Assembly: GCA_963665235.2 (NCBI GenBank)
Contig: CAXXLX010000001.1
Location: 800,001 to 864,000 of the forward strand
Reading direction: 5' to 3'
Length of the DNA stretch: 64,000 bases
Origin: Candidatus Poribacteria bacterium
Lineage (GTDB): Bacteria; Poribacteria; WGA-4E; WGA-3G
Part shown: piece after piece, positions 49,614 to 60,606 of the stretch
How positions within the stretch are numbered: the first letter of the stretch is position 1
Layout of the letters: each line of letters begins with the position of its first letter
Position numbers and translations under genes: made by a program
Notes under the pieces: model-generated
The model's database searches: none
Told to the model about the DNA's origin: nothing
What the model saw: only the letters and a program-made list of their open reading frames with translations

Positions 49614-50555
49614 ATGTACCTTAAACACCTAACATTCATTAGCATCGTTTTAGTTTTAATCGGAATCGGGGGACAGATTTTCGCACAATTGCCACCGACC
49701 CCCCAACTTAGCACTATCCAAACCGCTGAACCCCTCGGAAAAGGTGGGTCCACTACAATATTTAGCATGTTCAAGTATTCCAAAGTTGACCTTGCCCCTG
49801 AACATACACAAAATGTAGACATCGGTGAATTTGAGGAATCCCATTACGTAACACTCGAAACAGAGACGTTCCTCATCCCGGTCCGATTCATCTACGGGGT
49901 AGGCGAACACCTCGACTTTACGCTCGGTGCCACGTTTTCAACCGGTGGTGTCAGAAAAGTTATACTCGATTACTACAACACAGGAGACACGCTGACCGGT
50001 GCAAAACGGGTTTACGACCAGCCCCTGTATGATGGACTCATCGGCCTCAAATACAACATCAAACCCGATCGGAATGATGGCCTTCCGAGTATCTCTGTCG
50101 GTGGAGATGTACAGTTTGGCTTCACAGCGGACGACCGGCTGAACGCGGATGGCGAATTCCTTGACCATAGTCCTGCTGATGGATTCCCATTTTTCGGGGT
50201 CAATACCTATATCGCTGGCACGCAAAGAGTCGGAAGCCTCTTCAAACTCCACGGCGGCATAGGAGCTTTCCTACTGTCAAAAGCCCTTGGGACCGGCGAC
50301 TCTTTTACGCTCAATTGGCAAGCCGGTGGTGAAATGGCGGTTGGGGACAATATGTGGCTCGTCGCCGATTTTACCCGCGAACTGCCTTATGCAGGAATCA
50401 ACCTCGCAAACATGATTGGGGTTTCATTTCGCTATGAAATTTCCAACACACTCGCATTCCAAGTTGGATACAACACCCTCCCCGGATTTCAGTTCAATCT
50501 GATACTCGGCGGCGATAAGGCGCAAGCACTTGAAGGTGAAGATATACTGTTTTAA
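49614..50555 (+). CDS. Probable outer-membrane beta-barrel protein
   Basis: Signal peptide and alternating amphipathic strands. Confidence 0.65.
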   Translation: MYLKHLTFISIVLVLIGIGGQIFAQLPPTPQLSTIQTAEPLGKGGSTTIFSMFKYSKVDLAPEHTQNVDIGEFEESHYVTLETETFLIPVRFIYGVGEHLDFTLGATFSTGGVRKVILDYYNTGDTLTGAKRVYDQPLYDGLIGLKYNIKPDRNDGLPSISVGGDVQFGFTADDRLNADGEFLDHSPADGFPFFGVNTYIAGTQRVGSLFKLHGGIGAFLLSKALGTGDSFTLNWQAGGEMAVGDNMWLVADFTRELPYAGINLANMIGVSFRYEISNTLAFQVGYNTLPGFQFNLILGGDKAQALEGEDILF

Positions 50556-50707
50556 CGCGAGTTTGAAAAAAAGTTTTGACTTAGAGCGTTCTGTGGTAGT
50601 TTTAGCAAAAACCAGCACAAACTAGGAAGTTTATGCTACAATTATACCGCTTTTTTCGCGATGAAAAAGGTTTAGAGCAAACGGATATTTATTATCAAGC
50701 GCACGTT
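50554..50707 (+). mobile_element. MITE family 2 with 5-bp TSD GTTTT
   Basis: GTTTT|AACGCGAG...GCACGTT|GTTTT. Confidence 0.88.
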
Positions 50708-50759
50708 GTTTTAAACCAACCCCTATATCAGCCCCATATCAGGAAGACAGGAGCAATCC

Positions 50760-51209
50760 ATGCGTGCTGTAATTCAACGGGTTAAATCTGCTGCTGTTAC
50801 CGTGGAGGGTGAAGTCGTCTCCGCTATTGGTGAAGGCGTGCTTATCTTCCTCGGTATCGCCCAGGACGATACAGAAGCAGAGTTAGCTTATGTCGCAAAC
50901 AAGGTCGCCACGCTCCGCATCTTTGAGGACGAGGCGGGCAAAATGAATCGTTCACTTCTCGACACCGGCGGAGCTGCCCTAGTTGTTTCACAATTTACGC
51001 TCTACGGTGATTGCCGCAAAGGGCGACGGCCCAGTTTTATTAACGCCGCTCGCCCTGAAGCAGCAAAGCCACTCTATGAACAGTTCATCACCGCCTTAAA
51101 ACAGCACAATATCCAAACACAAGGCGGCACCTTTCAAGCGATGATGGAGGTGCAACTCATTAATGACGGGCCCGTTACCATTCTATTGGATAGCGACAAA
51201 CAGTTTTAA
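50760..51209 (+). CDS. dtd: D-aminoacyl-tRNA deacylase
   Basis: [14 protein letters not shown] and NDGPVT motifs. Confidence 0.95.
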   Translation: MRAVIQRVKSAAVTVEGEVVSAIGEGVLIFLGIAQDDTEAELAYVANKVATLRIFEDEAGKMNRSLLDTGGAALVVSQFTLYGDCRKGRRPSFINAARPEAAKPLYEQFITALKQHNIQTQGGTFQAMMEVQLINDGPVTILLDSDKQF

Positions 51210-51218
51210 CGCTCTTCC

Positions 51219-51603
51219 GTCAAATCCCATGCTTTAGCTTGCGGGATGTAGACGGCGCATAAGTTGAAATTTTAATTTGACTTTCGCCAAAAACTGTGGT
51301 ATAATCAAACTAGCACTTTTGGATAGCATTCTCACCCCGTGCATAACCCTGTGCGGGTGCTATCCCCCACTTGTGAGAAGGTGTGTAGTGTTAGTGCGAA
51401 ATCACTCAAAACATTTCGGGATACACCGACGATGTATGTGGAGTAGAATCCCAGCCAACTGTGTGTATCCTCCAAATTCTATTCTAAAACGGGCAGGCTT
51501 AGCTGCCCTAAGTGGAGACGACATAAGACGGGTGAACCCCCAGGGCGAAACGCTGTTGTCTAGGAAGCACAAGCCCCCACCTTTAGGTGGTGGGTACTAT
51601 GAC
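51219..51603 (+). mobile_element. Non-autonomous IS200/IS605-type remnant (no TnpA/TnpB)
   Basis: Left hairpin ATCCCATGCTTTAGCTTGCGGGAT; right hairpin CCCCCACCTTTAGGTGGTGGG; TnpB-tail-like ILKRAG reading. Confidence 0.55.
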
Positions 51604-51626
51604 AAGCAAGAAAGCCGAGAAAGTGC

Positions 51627-52904
51627 ATGCGTGAAAAAGGAGGGGACCACAGGCGAAACTTCGTTTTCGCGTTGCTGCAAGGCACCTTCATGCGAATCAA
51701 TCTCACCTTTGCAGATGCCACAACAGTCCTCGCCGCTTTTATCTCTAGACTCACGGAATCAGAGCTGATGGTCGGGTTGACCGGTTCAATGTTGACAGCT
51801 GGGTGGATGTGGCCCCAGCTGTTGATGTCAAATCTGCTGGAGCATCGCCCTCGCAAAATGCCGTTTTATGCCCTCGGCATGAGCCTCCGCGTATTAGCTT
51901 GGTTTGCCATATTTTGCTGCACGGTCGGAATCGGCACACAGAATCCGAGCTTACTTTCTACCTGTTTTTTGGCACTCTACTTTTTATCTACCTCCGCCAT
52001 GGGCATTTCGACGTTGCCTTACATGGACATCATCTCTAAGGCCATAGCCCCGAATCGGCGAGCTCGCTTTTTTAGCCTACGTCAATTGTGCGGTGGATTT
52101 TTTGCTATCTGGGTAGGGTTTCTCGTCCGTGCAGTCCTCCGTAATGATGTCCAAACCTCCCTCGAATTTCCGAATAACTACGCCCTCCTTTTTATCTGTT
52201 CCATGAGTGCTGCCCTCCTCTCATTTATCAGTTTCCTCGGCGTACGCGAACCGATTCACCCGGTTCAGCCGACACGCCAACCCCTATGGCAACATCTAAA
52301 GCAGGGGCCGCACTTCCTACGGACAGACCGAAATTATCGCCGGTTTCTCTTCTTTCGTATCTGTTTACATTTCTCTGGTATGGCAACCCCGTTCTACACA
52401 ACATACGCCCTCCGTGAATTAGGCGTTTCTGAAGCGACTATCGGATTTTTCATCGTATGCTCCGCATTGAGCGGTGTCATTTCAAATGCGGTATGGGGGT
52501 ATATCGGCGAAAAACATGGCGTGCGCTGGCTGTTGATTATCACCGCAGGGCTCATGATATTTCCACCGGCAATCGCCTTCTTTTCCGGGATGCTATCGGG
52601 TACTCTCATGCTACTTACCTATTTCCTGATTTTCGCAATCGGGGGTATTTTAACGAACGGTATGATGGTCGGGTTCATGGCGTATATGCTGAACATCGCA
52701 CCGCCTCGGCAGCGGCCCAGTTACATCGGTTTCATGAACACGTTGCTGCTCCCCGCCAGTTTTGCCCCTGCGGTAGGGGGACTCCTTGTACCGCGTATCG
52801 GTTATCAATGGTTATTTACGATATGCTTCTGCATCTGCCTTATCGCCTTCTACATCGCGACCGGGCTACAAGAAATCGTGCGCGAGCATGAAAATATAGA
52901 GTGA
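51627..52904 (+). CDS. MFS transporter
   Basis: About 12 hydrophobic helices; DIISKAIAPNRRARFF and WGYIGEKHG motifs. Confidence 0.88.
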   Translation: MREKGGDHRRNFVFALLQGTFMRINLTFADATTVLAAFISRLTESELMVGLTGSMLTAGWMWPQLLMSNLLEHRPRKMPFYALGMSLRVLAWFAIFCCTVGIGTQNPSLLSTCFLALYFLSTSAMGISTLPYMDIISKAIAPNRRARFFSLRQLCGGFFAIWVGFLVRAVLRNDVQTSLEFPNNYALLFICSMSAALLSFISFLGVREPIHPVQPTRQPLWQHLKQGPHFLRTDRNYRRFLFFRICLHFSGMATPFYTTYALRELGVSEATIGFFIVCSALSGVISNAVWGYIGEKHGVRWLLIITAGLMIFPPAIAFFSGMLSGTLMLLTYFLIFAIGGILTNGMMVGFMAYMLNIAPPRQRPSYIGFMNTLLLPASFAPAVGGLLVPRIGYQWLFTICFCICLIAFYIATGLQEIVREHENIE

Positions 52905-52969
52905 GACAACTGCTGTAAAAGCAAATATGCGGAAAAATGTGACACGTTATCAATCTTGTGATATACTTA

Positions 52970-53853
52970 AACGTGAGCTTGATAATAAATATCCGTTTTC
53001 ACTAACCTCTATAAAGATATCGTCCTTGAGGAGCGGGCTGCTTGCCCGAATACTGGGACTAATACCATTTTTATTAATTATTCTATCATTACCGGTTGTT
53101 AGAAATCAAACGGAGAACGGAAGACACAAACTGGAAGTTTATGCTACAATAAAGTGCAAACTGGATGAAGATTAAGAAATTAATTCAAACTGGAAGTTTA
53201 TGCTACAATAAAGTGCCCAAACTGGAAGTTTATGCTACAATAAAGTGCCCAAACTGGAAGTTTATGCTACAATAAAGTACTGCACAAACTGGAAGTTTAT
53301 GCTACAATAAAGTGCCCAAACTGGAAGTTTATGCTACAATAAAGTGCACAAACTGGAAGTTTATGCTACAATAAAGTGCACAAACTGGAAGTTTATGCTA
53401 CAATAAAGTGCACAAACTGGAACTGGAAGTTTATGCAAGAAGAGGGCATTCAAGGAGTTTCATAGACCGGGCCGTGGCCGCAAACCCGCGTTCGCCCCCA
53501 AATCCCCCGAAGAAGCAGAAACCGACAAACTGGAAGTTTAGACCCATCAAAACCCACAGAACACGGCTGTGCTTTATCAAGATGAGTTCTCATTTTACCG
53601 AAACCCCACTATAGCAAAAACTGCACAAACTGGAAGTTTATGCTACAATAAAGAGACATTTTCAATTAGAAATGGTATAAGAATTGGGGCGGAAACGGCT
53701 TCTATAAAGATATCGTCCTTGAGGAGCGGGCTGCTTGCCCGAATACTGGGACTAAGAATTGGGACGTGAACGTCTTTTTCTATAAACATATCGTCCCTAA
53801 GGAGCGAGCTGTTTGCCCGAATACCAGGGCAAAACTTTTTCCAAACTCACGTT
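52970..53853 (-). mobile_element. MITE family 2 shell with long-hairpin cargo, containing nested family 1 copy G
   Basis: AACGTGAGCTTGA...CCAAACTCACGTT ends; 3 cargo units; the nested insertion has a TAA duplication. Confidence 0.8.
53063..53677 (+). mobile_element. REP-array MITE family 1, copy G, with IS630-like transposase fragments
   Basis: TAA TSD; inserts translate to QEEGIQG/HRPGRGRKPAFAP and AVLYQDEFSFYRNPTIA. Confidence 0.85.
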
Positions 53854-53902
53854 AAAAAAAACAGGACGAAACACGTTTGCCCGCATGTCCTCGGAGGTTG
53901 TT

Positions 53903-56221
53903 GTGATCAAAAGGAGCTTATTCTCTATTTTCGCACTGTTATATATCGTTTCAATGCCCTATCTACTGAGCAGCTTTGCCCAAGACTACACACAATGGGA
54001 GCTGCCTGAACATGCCATAGCGCGTCTCGGCAAAGGGCGGATTGAAGATATACAGTACTCCCCGGATGGAACTATACTCGCAGTCGCGACCACAATCGGT
54101 ATTTGGATATATGATACTGAGACGTATCAGGAAAGTGCCTTGCTGACGTATCAGGAAAGTGCCTTGCTCACACTGAACAAGAAAGGGGTCAAGGAAATTT
54201 TATTCGATACTGAAGGGACAACCCTCGCTAGCGTGCATAGGCGCGGGGGCATTACACTCTGGGATGTTGGAATGCAAAGCCCCAGGAAAACACTCATGAC
54301 CGGTTCTTCTCTTAACCATATCATGCGATTCAGTCCAGATGGACGCATATTTGCAAATGGGGGTTACGAAGAGGTTCTACTATGGGATGCGGTTACAGGT
54401 GAGTCTAAAAACATCCTCAAAGCGCATAAGAAATTTGTTCAGTGTTTAGCATTCAGTCCAGATGGGCAAACCCTCGCGAGTGGAGGTGAAGACCAGACTA
54501 TTCACCTGTGGGATGTTGTTACCGGGAAACGCAAACAAACCATTACAATGCCTAAAGGGACGGTCACCGATATATCTTTCAGTCCGGACGGTAACACGTT
54601 TGCAAGTGTAAGCGATAACAAAACAATCCATTTGTGGGATACAACTACATGGAAACATAAAAAACAGGTAGTAAATCAGGGTGTGATTACCGAACAGGTC
54701 GAAGACAAAGAACGGATTGAAAGTGTGTTCTTCAGTCCGGACGGTAGCACGTTTGCAGCTGTGAGCACTGACACAACAATTCGCTTATGGGATACAACAA
54801 CAGGGACGCTCAGGCAAACCTTCATAGAGGAAAATGCAGAACAAGCAGGCAATGAAAGAGAGATAGAAAACGTATTGTTCAGTCCGGATGGGCAATCAAT
54901 TTCTAGTGTGAGTGACTATGGAAAAATCCGGTTATGGGACGTTGCGACAGGCAAACGTAAACGTTTGAGCGAAGATGCAGGTTATGTTACGAAGGCAGCA
55001 TTTAACCACAATGGGAGGACACTCGCGACTGGAACTTATAATGGTACCATTCGTTTATGGGACGTTGCGACAGGTAAACACAAAAAAACAATCCCAAATT
55101 TCGGCGCGCAGCACCTAGGTACGTCTCGTCTGGATCCGCCTGATATCAATAACATATCACTGAGTCCAAATGGAAGTAAGTTTGTGGCTGGCAATCCAGC
55201 TGAAACTATCTACTTCTGGGATTCAATCACAAGGCAGCAACAACCCATAATGGGACAGACACATCCTGCCGAAAAAGATATATGGTTCAGCGGGGTGTTG
55301 TTCAGTCCAGACGGGGACACCTTGGCAAGTTGGAGTTACAACTATACAACTATTCATCTATGGAATATCACCAGCAAACGTAAGCGAACCCTTACAGGAC
55401 ATACAGGTAAAATCAAACGTGTCACTTTTAGTCCAGATGGGAAAACGCTTGCAAGTTGGAGCCTTGCCCAAGACAAAACCATCCGTCTATGGGATGTCGC
55501 AACAGGAAAGCACAAGCGAACCCTTACAGGACATACAGAATTGGTCGAGAGTGTCATTTTCAGTCCTGATGAACAGATGCTTGTCAGTGGCGGGAGCGAT
55601 GGCACGCTCTATTTGTGGGAGATTGTCCTACAGGAATACAAGAGGTATCCCTTCACAAATCAACGTTTTGCGAACGAGCAAAAGGCACATGCGGTTGCTG
55701 TCCCTATCCTATCGTTTAACTCAGATGGGAGTGCACTTGCCAGTGGTAGTAAAAGCGGTTCCATCTATCTATGGGATGTTGGTACAAGGGCAATCAAACA
55801 AACATTCAAAGGACATACGGATACTATCTTAAGCATATCGTTCGGTCCCGATGGGCAGGAAATCGCGAGCACAAGCAAAGACGCTACTGCCCGTTTGTGG
55901 GATGTCGCAACAGGTAAACAAAAACAAGCAATCGCCGGATATGGGGGTTCTGTATATGAGCGTTCTGTATGGCATGTGCACTTCTCTTCAAGTGGGCTGC
56001 CGCTAGCAAGCGAGGTTAAAGGCGAGATTGGAGGGGTTGATGACGATAAGATTCGCCTGTGGGATTTACGCACAGGACAGCTTAAAAAAATGCTTACGGG
56101 GCATGCTTCATGGGTTAAAAATCTTTCGTTCAGTGCTGATGGGAAAACGATTGCAAGTCTGAGTTTTGATGCTACAGTGATTTTGTGGGACCTAACATCC
56201 GTAATGCAAGCTGCAGATTAG
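53903..56221 (+). CDS. Secreted WD40 repeat protein
   Basis: GGAGG RBS then GTG; many GH...FSPDG...LWD repeats. Confidence 0.9.
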   Translation: MIKRSLFSIFALLYIVSMPYLLSSFAQDYTQWELPEHAIARLGKGRIEDIQYSPDGTILAVATTIGIWIYDTETYQESALLTYQESALLTLNKKGVKEILFDTEGTTLASVHRRGGITLWDVGMQSPRKTLMTGSSLNHIMRFSPDGRIFANGGYEEVLLWDAVTGESKNILKAHKKFVQCLAFSPDGQTLASGGEDQTIHLWDVVTGKRKQTITMPKGTVTDISFSPDGNTFASVSDNKTIHLWDTTTWKHKKQVVNQGVITEQVEDKERIESVFFSPDGSTFAAVSTDTTIRLWDTTTGTLRQTFIEENAEQAGNEREIENVLFSPDGQSISSVSDYGKIRLWDVATGKRKRLSEDAGYVTKAAFNHNGRTLATGTYNGTIRLWDVATGKHKKTIPNFGAQHLGTSRLDPPDINNISLSPNGSKFVAGNPAETIYFWDSITRQQQPIMGQTHPAEKDIWFSGVLFSPDGDTLASWSYNYTTIHLWNITSKRKRTLTGHTGKIKRVTFSPDGKTLASWSLAQDKTIRLWDVATGKHKRTLTGHTELVESVIFSPDEQMLVSGGSDGTLYLWEIVLQEYKRYPFTNQRFANEQKAHAVAVPILSFNSDGSALASGSKSGSIYLWDVGTRAIKQTFKGHTDTILSISFGPDGQEIASTSKDATARLWDVATGKQKQAIAGYGGSVYERSVWHVHFSSSGLPLASEVKGEIGGVDDDKIRLWDLRTGQLKKMLTGHASWVKNLSFSADGKTIASLSFDATVILWDLTSVMQAAD

Positions 56222-56418
56222 GTCGGGTTGTTTGTCAGAATCGCGGAGGGCGCGGAGAACACAGAAAACGCGGAAAATGCTACGGGTCAGACAGGGTTAT
56301 TTAGTTTTCCAGCCTCCCTTTATAGAAGGGAAACCCTTCATTGCCCGTCGATGCCCGAACTATTTATCTAAACTTCATTAAGCTCGATATGTCGCTAGCA
56401 GCTTAGAGAGGTGTCAAA

Positions 56419-58380
56419 GTGAAAACGAGAATGCGTTCAATTTTTTTAGTACTATGTATTGTTTCCCCTATTGTAATTCTGTGCACTATTTTTTTTACGC
56501 GATTTCAACGCGAGACACTCCTTCACGAATCACCACAAAATCAGCTGCCTGAGGGCGTGAAATTGCGTATTGGTAAAGGCAGTGTAAATGATATAGCGTA
56601 TTCTCCAGATGGCTCAATATTAGCAGTTGCAACCACTATCGGTATTTGGTTTTATGATACTTCCACCGATACAGCGCGCACACTGCTTACAGGGGATAGC
56701 CGCGGTATTGCAAGCATTTCATTCAGTCCGGATGGAAAAACACTTGCTGGCGGAGGGGGGGATAGGACAATCTATTTGTGGGATGTTGCCACGGGCAAAC
56801 GTAAGCAATCCTTTGTAGGGCATGATGGGACCATTCTTAAGGTATTGTTTAGCCGAGATGGAAATACACTTGTAAGCGCGGGTATATACCGTACAAATCT
56901 GTGGGATGTTACCACCGGCACACATAGGAGAAAACACTATCGCGGTATGGATCATGGGGATGCGTTATGGTTTAACCGCGCTAGCGGAATAAGGGCATCT
57001 GCGCGTAGCGCAGATATTCGTCTGTCTAAGCTAATCACCGGAGAAGAAAAGGGAACACTGAAGGGACATAAGAAAAATATCAAAAGCTTGGCATTCAGTT
57101 TGGATGGACAGATGCTTGCAAGTGGAAGTTACGATAAAACCATCCGCTTATGGGATGTCGCCACCGGAACACATAAGAAAACCCTCAAAGGGCATAAGAA
57201 AAGTATCAATAGCATCACATTCAGTCCTGATAAACAGCTGCTGGCAAGTGGGAGTAGAGATGAGACTGTCCGCGTGTGGGATACCGCTACAGGCCGGCTC
57301 AAGAATACTTTTAAAGCAGATATGGCTGATGTACAACACGTGGCATTCAGTCCTGATGGGCAAACGCTTGCAAGTTGGAGCAACGACCATATTCTCCACT
57401 TGTGGGATATCACTACTGGCAAACACAAGAGAGCTATCACGGGACATATAGCTCCTGTTGCTGCCGTGTCGTTTAGTCCGGATGGAACGACACTTGCAAT
57501 TGCCGCATCTAAAGAGATTCTACTGTGGGATGCAATCGAAGGGATACACAGGAAAACCTTACTTGGACATGAAGGGGCAGTGGATTGTATAGCCTTCAGC
57601 CCGAATGGACGTTCGATTGGTAGTGGAAGTGTGGATGAGACTGTCCGCGTGTGGGATGTTGCTACTGGCAAACGTAAGAAAACCATAAAAGAACATATTT
57701 CCGGACGAGATATTTATTTTTTTGTCAGAAACGTAGCGTTCAGTCCCGATGGACAAATTCTCGCTAGCTCAAACAAGGACAAGACAATCCGATTGTGGGA
57801 TGCTGCTACAGGCAAACACAAAAAAACTTTGACAGGACATACAGGCGTTGTCAAGACGCTTGCGTTCAGTCCCAACGGACGTACTATTGCCAGTGGAAGC
57901 AGAGCAGACGAGAAAGCGGTCCGATTATGGGATGTTGCCACCGGCGAACACAAAAGAACGCTCCACAGTCATACATCAGGTATTTCAAGCGTGACGTTTA
58001 GTCCAGATGGGAGTATCCTTGCTACTATGGACCAAAATAACGTAAAATTGTGGGATGCCGCTTCAGGTGACCCCTTAAAAACGCTCACCGTAAAAACGCC
58101 CAGAGAACATATCTCTTTTGTTCAGACTTTATTGGGTTTATCGAGTTTATCGTTCGCGCCGGATGGTCGAACGCTTGCAAGTGCAGGTTGGGATACAGCT
58201 GTCCGACTATGGGACGTTTCAACAGGCACACACTACAAAACCCTCACAGGACACAAGCAAGGAGTCTATTGTGTCCTGTTCAGTCCTGATGGACAGACGC
58301 TTGCAAGTGGGAGTCCGGATGGCACAGTATTACTATGGGATATCCCTGCTATAATCAACGCAACAGATGGCGCAAAGTAA
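56419..58380 (+). CDS. WD40 repeat protein with N-terminal TM
   Basis: Repeated WD40 units; its stop TAA is the TSD of MITE copy H. Confidence 0.9.
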   Translation: MKTRMRSIFLVLCIVSPIVILCTIFFTRFQRETLLHESPQNQLPEGVKLRIGKGSVNDIAYSPDGSILAVATTIGIWFYDTSTDTARTLLTGDSRGIASISFSPDGKTLAGGGGDRTIYLWDVATGKRKQSFVGHDGTILKVLFSRDGNTLVSAGIYRTNLWDVTTGTHRRKHYRGMDHGDALWFNRASGIRASARSADIRLSKLITGEEKGTLKGHKKNIKSLAFSLDGQMLASGSYDKTIRLWDVATGTHKKTLKGHKKSINSITFSPDKQLLASGSRDETVRVWDTATGRLKNTFKADMADVQHVAFSPDGQTLASWSNDHILHLWDITTGKHKRAITGHIAPVAAVSFSPDGTTLAIAASKEILLWDAIEGIHRKTLLGHEGAVDCIAFSPNGRSIGSGSVDETVRVWDVATGKRKKTIKEHISGRDIYFFVRNVAFSPDGQILASSNKDKTIRLWDAATGKHKKTLTGHTGVVKTLAFSPNGRTIASGSRADEKAVRLWDVATGEHKRTLHSHTSGISSVTFSPDGSILATMDQNNVKLWDAASGDPLKTLTVKTPREHISFVQTLLGLSSLSFAPDGRTLASAGWDTAVRLWDVSTGTHYKTLTGHKQGVYCVLFSPDGQTLASGSPDGTVLLWDIPAIINATDGAK

Positions 58381-58976
58381 TACCATTTTTATTAATTATC
58401 CTATCATTACCGGTCGTTAGAAATGAAACGGAGAACGGAAGACACAAACTGGAAGTTTATGCTACAAGACCGCACAAACTGGAAGTTTATGCTACAAGAC
58501 CGCACAAACTGGAAGTTTATGCTACAAGACCGCACAAACTGGAAGTTTATGCTACAACAAACTGGAAGTTTATGCTACAAGACCGCACAAACTGGAAGTT
58601 TATGCTACAAGACCGCACAAACTGGAAGTTTATGCTACAAGACCGCCCAAACTGGAAGTTTATGCTACCGCACAAACTGGAAGTTTATGCTACAAGACCG
58701 CACAAACTGGAAGTTTATGCTACAAGATGCTACAAGGAGGCACAAACTGGAAGTTTATGCTACAAGAGGCACAAACTGGAAGTTTATGCTACAAGGAGGC
58801 ACAAACTACAAGACCGCACAAACTGGAAGTTTATGCTACAAGACCGCACAAACTGGAAGTTTATGCTACAAGACCGCACAAACTGGAAGTTTATGCTACA
58901 AGGCACAAACTGGAAGTTTATGCACAAACTGGAAGTTTATGCTACAATAAAGAGACATTTCCAATTAGAAATGGTA
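58381..58976 (+). mobile_element. REP-array MITE family 1, copy H (about 17 units)
   Basis: TAA|TACCATTT...AAATGGTA|TAA. Confidence 0.9.
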
Positions 58977-59228
58977 TAATATGAAATAGGTCGCGTGCGA
59001 AGCACGCTCCTACAGAAGAGGTTTGTTGAAAAAACCGGCGGAAAATATCGAGAACTAAATGGCCCTGGCAATCCAGCACTGCGTCAGAAACCTATTTAGA
59101 ATCACAAACTCTTGCTAATTGCTAAATTGGCTATTGGCTTATGGCTATTGGAAACCTATGGCAAGAGGAAGAGGTTTTTGACGCGCTTCAAAAACTGTGC
59201 ACCTTCACAACGTCTTTTGCTAATTGCT

Positions 59229-59382
59229 AACGCGAGTTTGAAAAAAAGTTTTGACTTAGAGCGTTCTGTGGTAGTTTTAGCAAAAACCAGCACAAACTAG
59301 GAAGTTTATGCTACAATTATACCGCTTTTTTCGCGATGAAAAAGGTTTAGAGCAAACGGATATTTATTATCAAGCTCACGTT
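59229..59382 (+). mobile_element. MITE family 2 inserted in a heptamer repeat
   Basis: Same sequence as the copies at 39633 and 50554. Confidence 0.85.
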
Positions 59383-59408
59383 AATTGCTAATCGCTAATC
59401 GCTAATTG

Positions 59409-60314
59409 CTAAACTGTGCGACACAGTTCAATAATCCGTTCAGCCCCATCAACAGGATTGAAGCTATAACCGCCTAACGCAATCAGAGCTGCGTTCCCCT
59501 TTGGCGGATTGTCAAGACAACTTGGCGCGAGGACAAAGAGAGGTATACCCATCTCAAGTGCCGTTTTGGCAGTGCTGAACGTCCCGCTGTTCTTTCCCTG
59601 TTCATCCCGTTCAGGACCGGACTCAATCACAACAACCGCTTTAGAGAGAGCACACAGTAGCTCATTCCGAATTATTCCGTTGCGTGCTAACCACTTTACA
59701 GTAGGGGCAAACTGTGACACTGAAAGTATATCCCGTTCCCAATTGAATTCCGTGAACGCCTCTTTGTAACGCAATTCCTGAATGCCGTAAGGCAGCACAA
59801 TTGTCGTTGTACCGCCAGCCGCTAACGCGCCTAAGTGTGCCGCTGAGTCTACCCCCTGGGCATATCCAGAGACAACATCTATGCCTACCGCTGCAAGTTT
59901 ACCCGCCAGCTCTTCCGTAATGCGAACCCCTTTATCTGACACCTGCCGCGCCCCAACAATAGTAACGCTATCCGACATAAGACGTTTTCGTTGCCCTTTA
60001 GTAAATAGGACAGGTGAAATTTCAAGGAGATGCGGCAGAAAATCGGGGTGTTCTGGATAGATAATATCAACCCCTTGCTCTTTGAGCTGCGCGTATTCCG
60101 CGTACACCTTTTCCCTATCCGCGGCGCGAATTCTGCCGTTAAGGATTTTCGCCAATTTCGGAGACAGTGCAGCGAGCTCGTCTGGATTAAACAGCACCAT
60201 TTGAAGCTCGGGGTGCCCTGTTTCCAATATCTTCGCAATAGAAGCCAGCCGTTTAGCACCTATACCGCGTGTCCTAAAGAGCCGGAACCAGAAATAATCT
60301 CTATCAATTCTCAT
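59409..60314 (-). CDS. DprA/Smf-like Rossmann-fold protein
   Basis: IVGAR, VVSGYAQGVDSAAH, RN...LSKAVVVIES and GTFSTA motifs. Confidence 0.85.
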   Translation of the reverse strand: MRIDRDYFWFRLFRTRGIGAKRLASIAKILETGHPELQMVLFNPDELAALSPKLAKILNGRIRAADREKVYAEYAQLKEQGVDIIYPEHPDFLPHLLEISPVLFTKGQRKRLMSDSVTIVGARQVSDKGVRITEELAGKLAAVGIDVVSGYAQGVDSAAHLGALAAGGTTTIVLPYGIQELRYKEAFTEFNWERDILSVSQFAPTVKWLARNGIIRNELLCALSKAVVVIESGPERDEQGKNSGTFSTAKTALEMGIPLFVLAPSCLDNPPKGNAALIALGGYSFNPVDGAERIIELCRTV

Positions 60315-60606
60315 TTTTTTCCTTAATTGGATAAAAAACACTCTTCATGGTATACTAATTTGGAAAGGTGATTCGCATTGTCCCGTATTACATAAACATA
60401 TCTTCCCGACAAGACTGAGTAAGAATACCTTAAAATTGATAAAGTGTCAAGATTTTTTGGCGGAGGTTCAATGATTCAAACAAACGTTGTCGATTTTCTA
60501 AAGCAGGTTTCCCGTGGAAAACACACAAAATAGGCACATTCTATAGGATCAGGTTAATTTCGTATTAAAACTGACTAATTTCAGTAACGAGAGGAGGATT
60601 ATAGAA

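Noticed and set aside
51277-51768. 163-aa ORF as a functional TnpB
   Set aside because: It starts at the -35 box, lacks RuvC and zinc-finger motifs, and overlaps the MFS gene.
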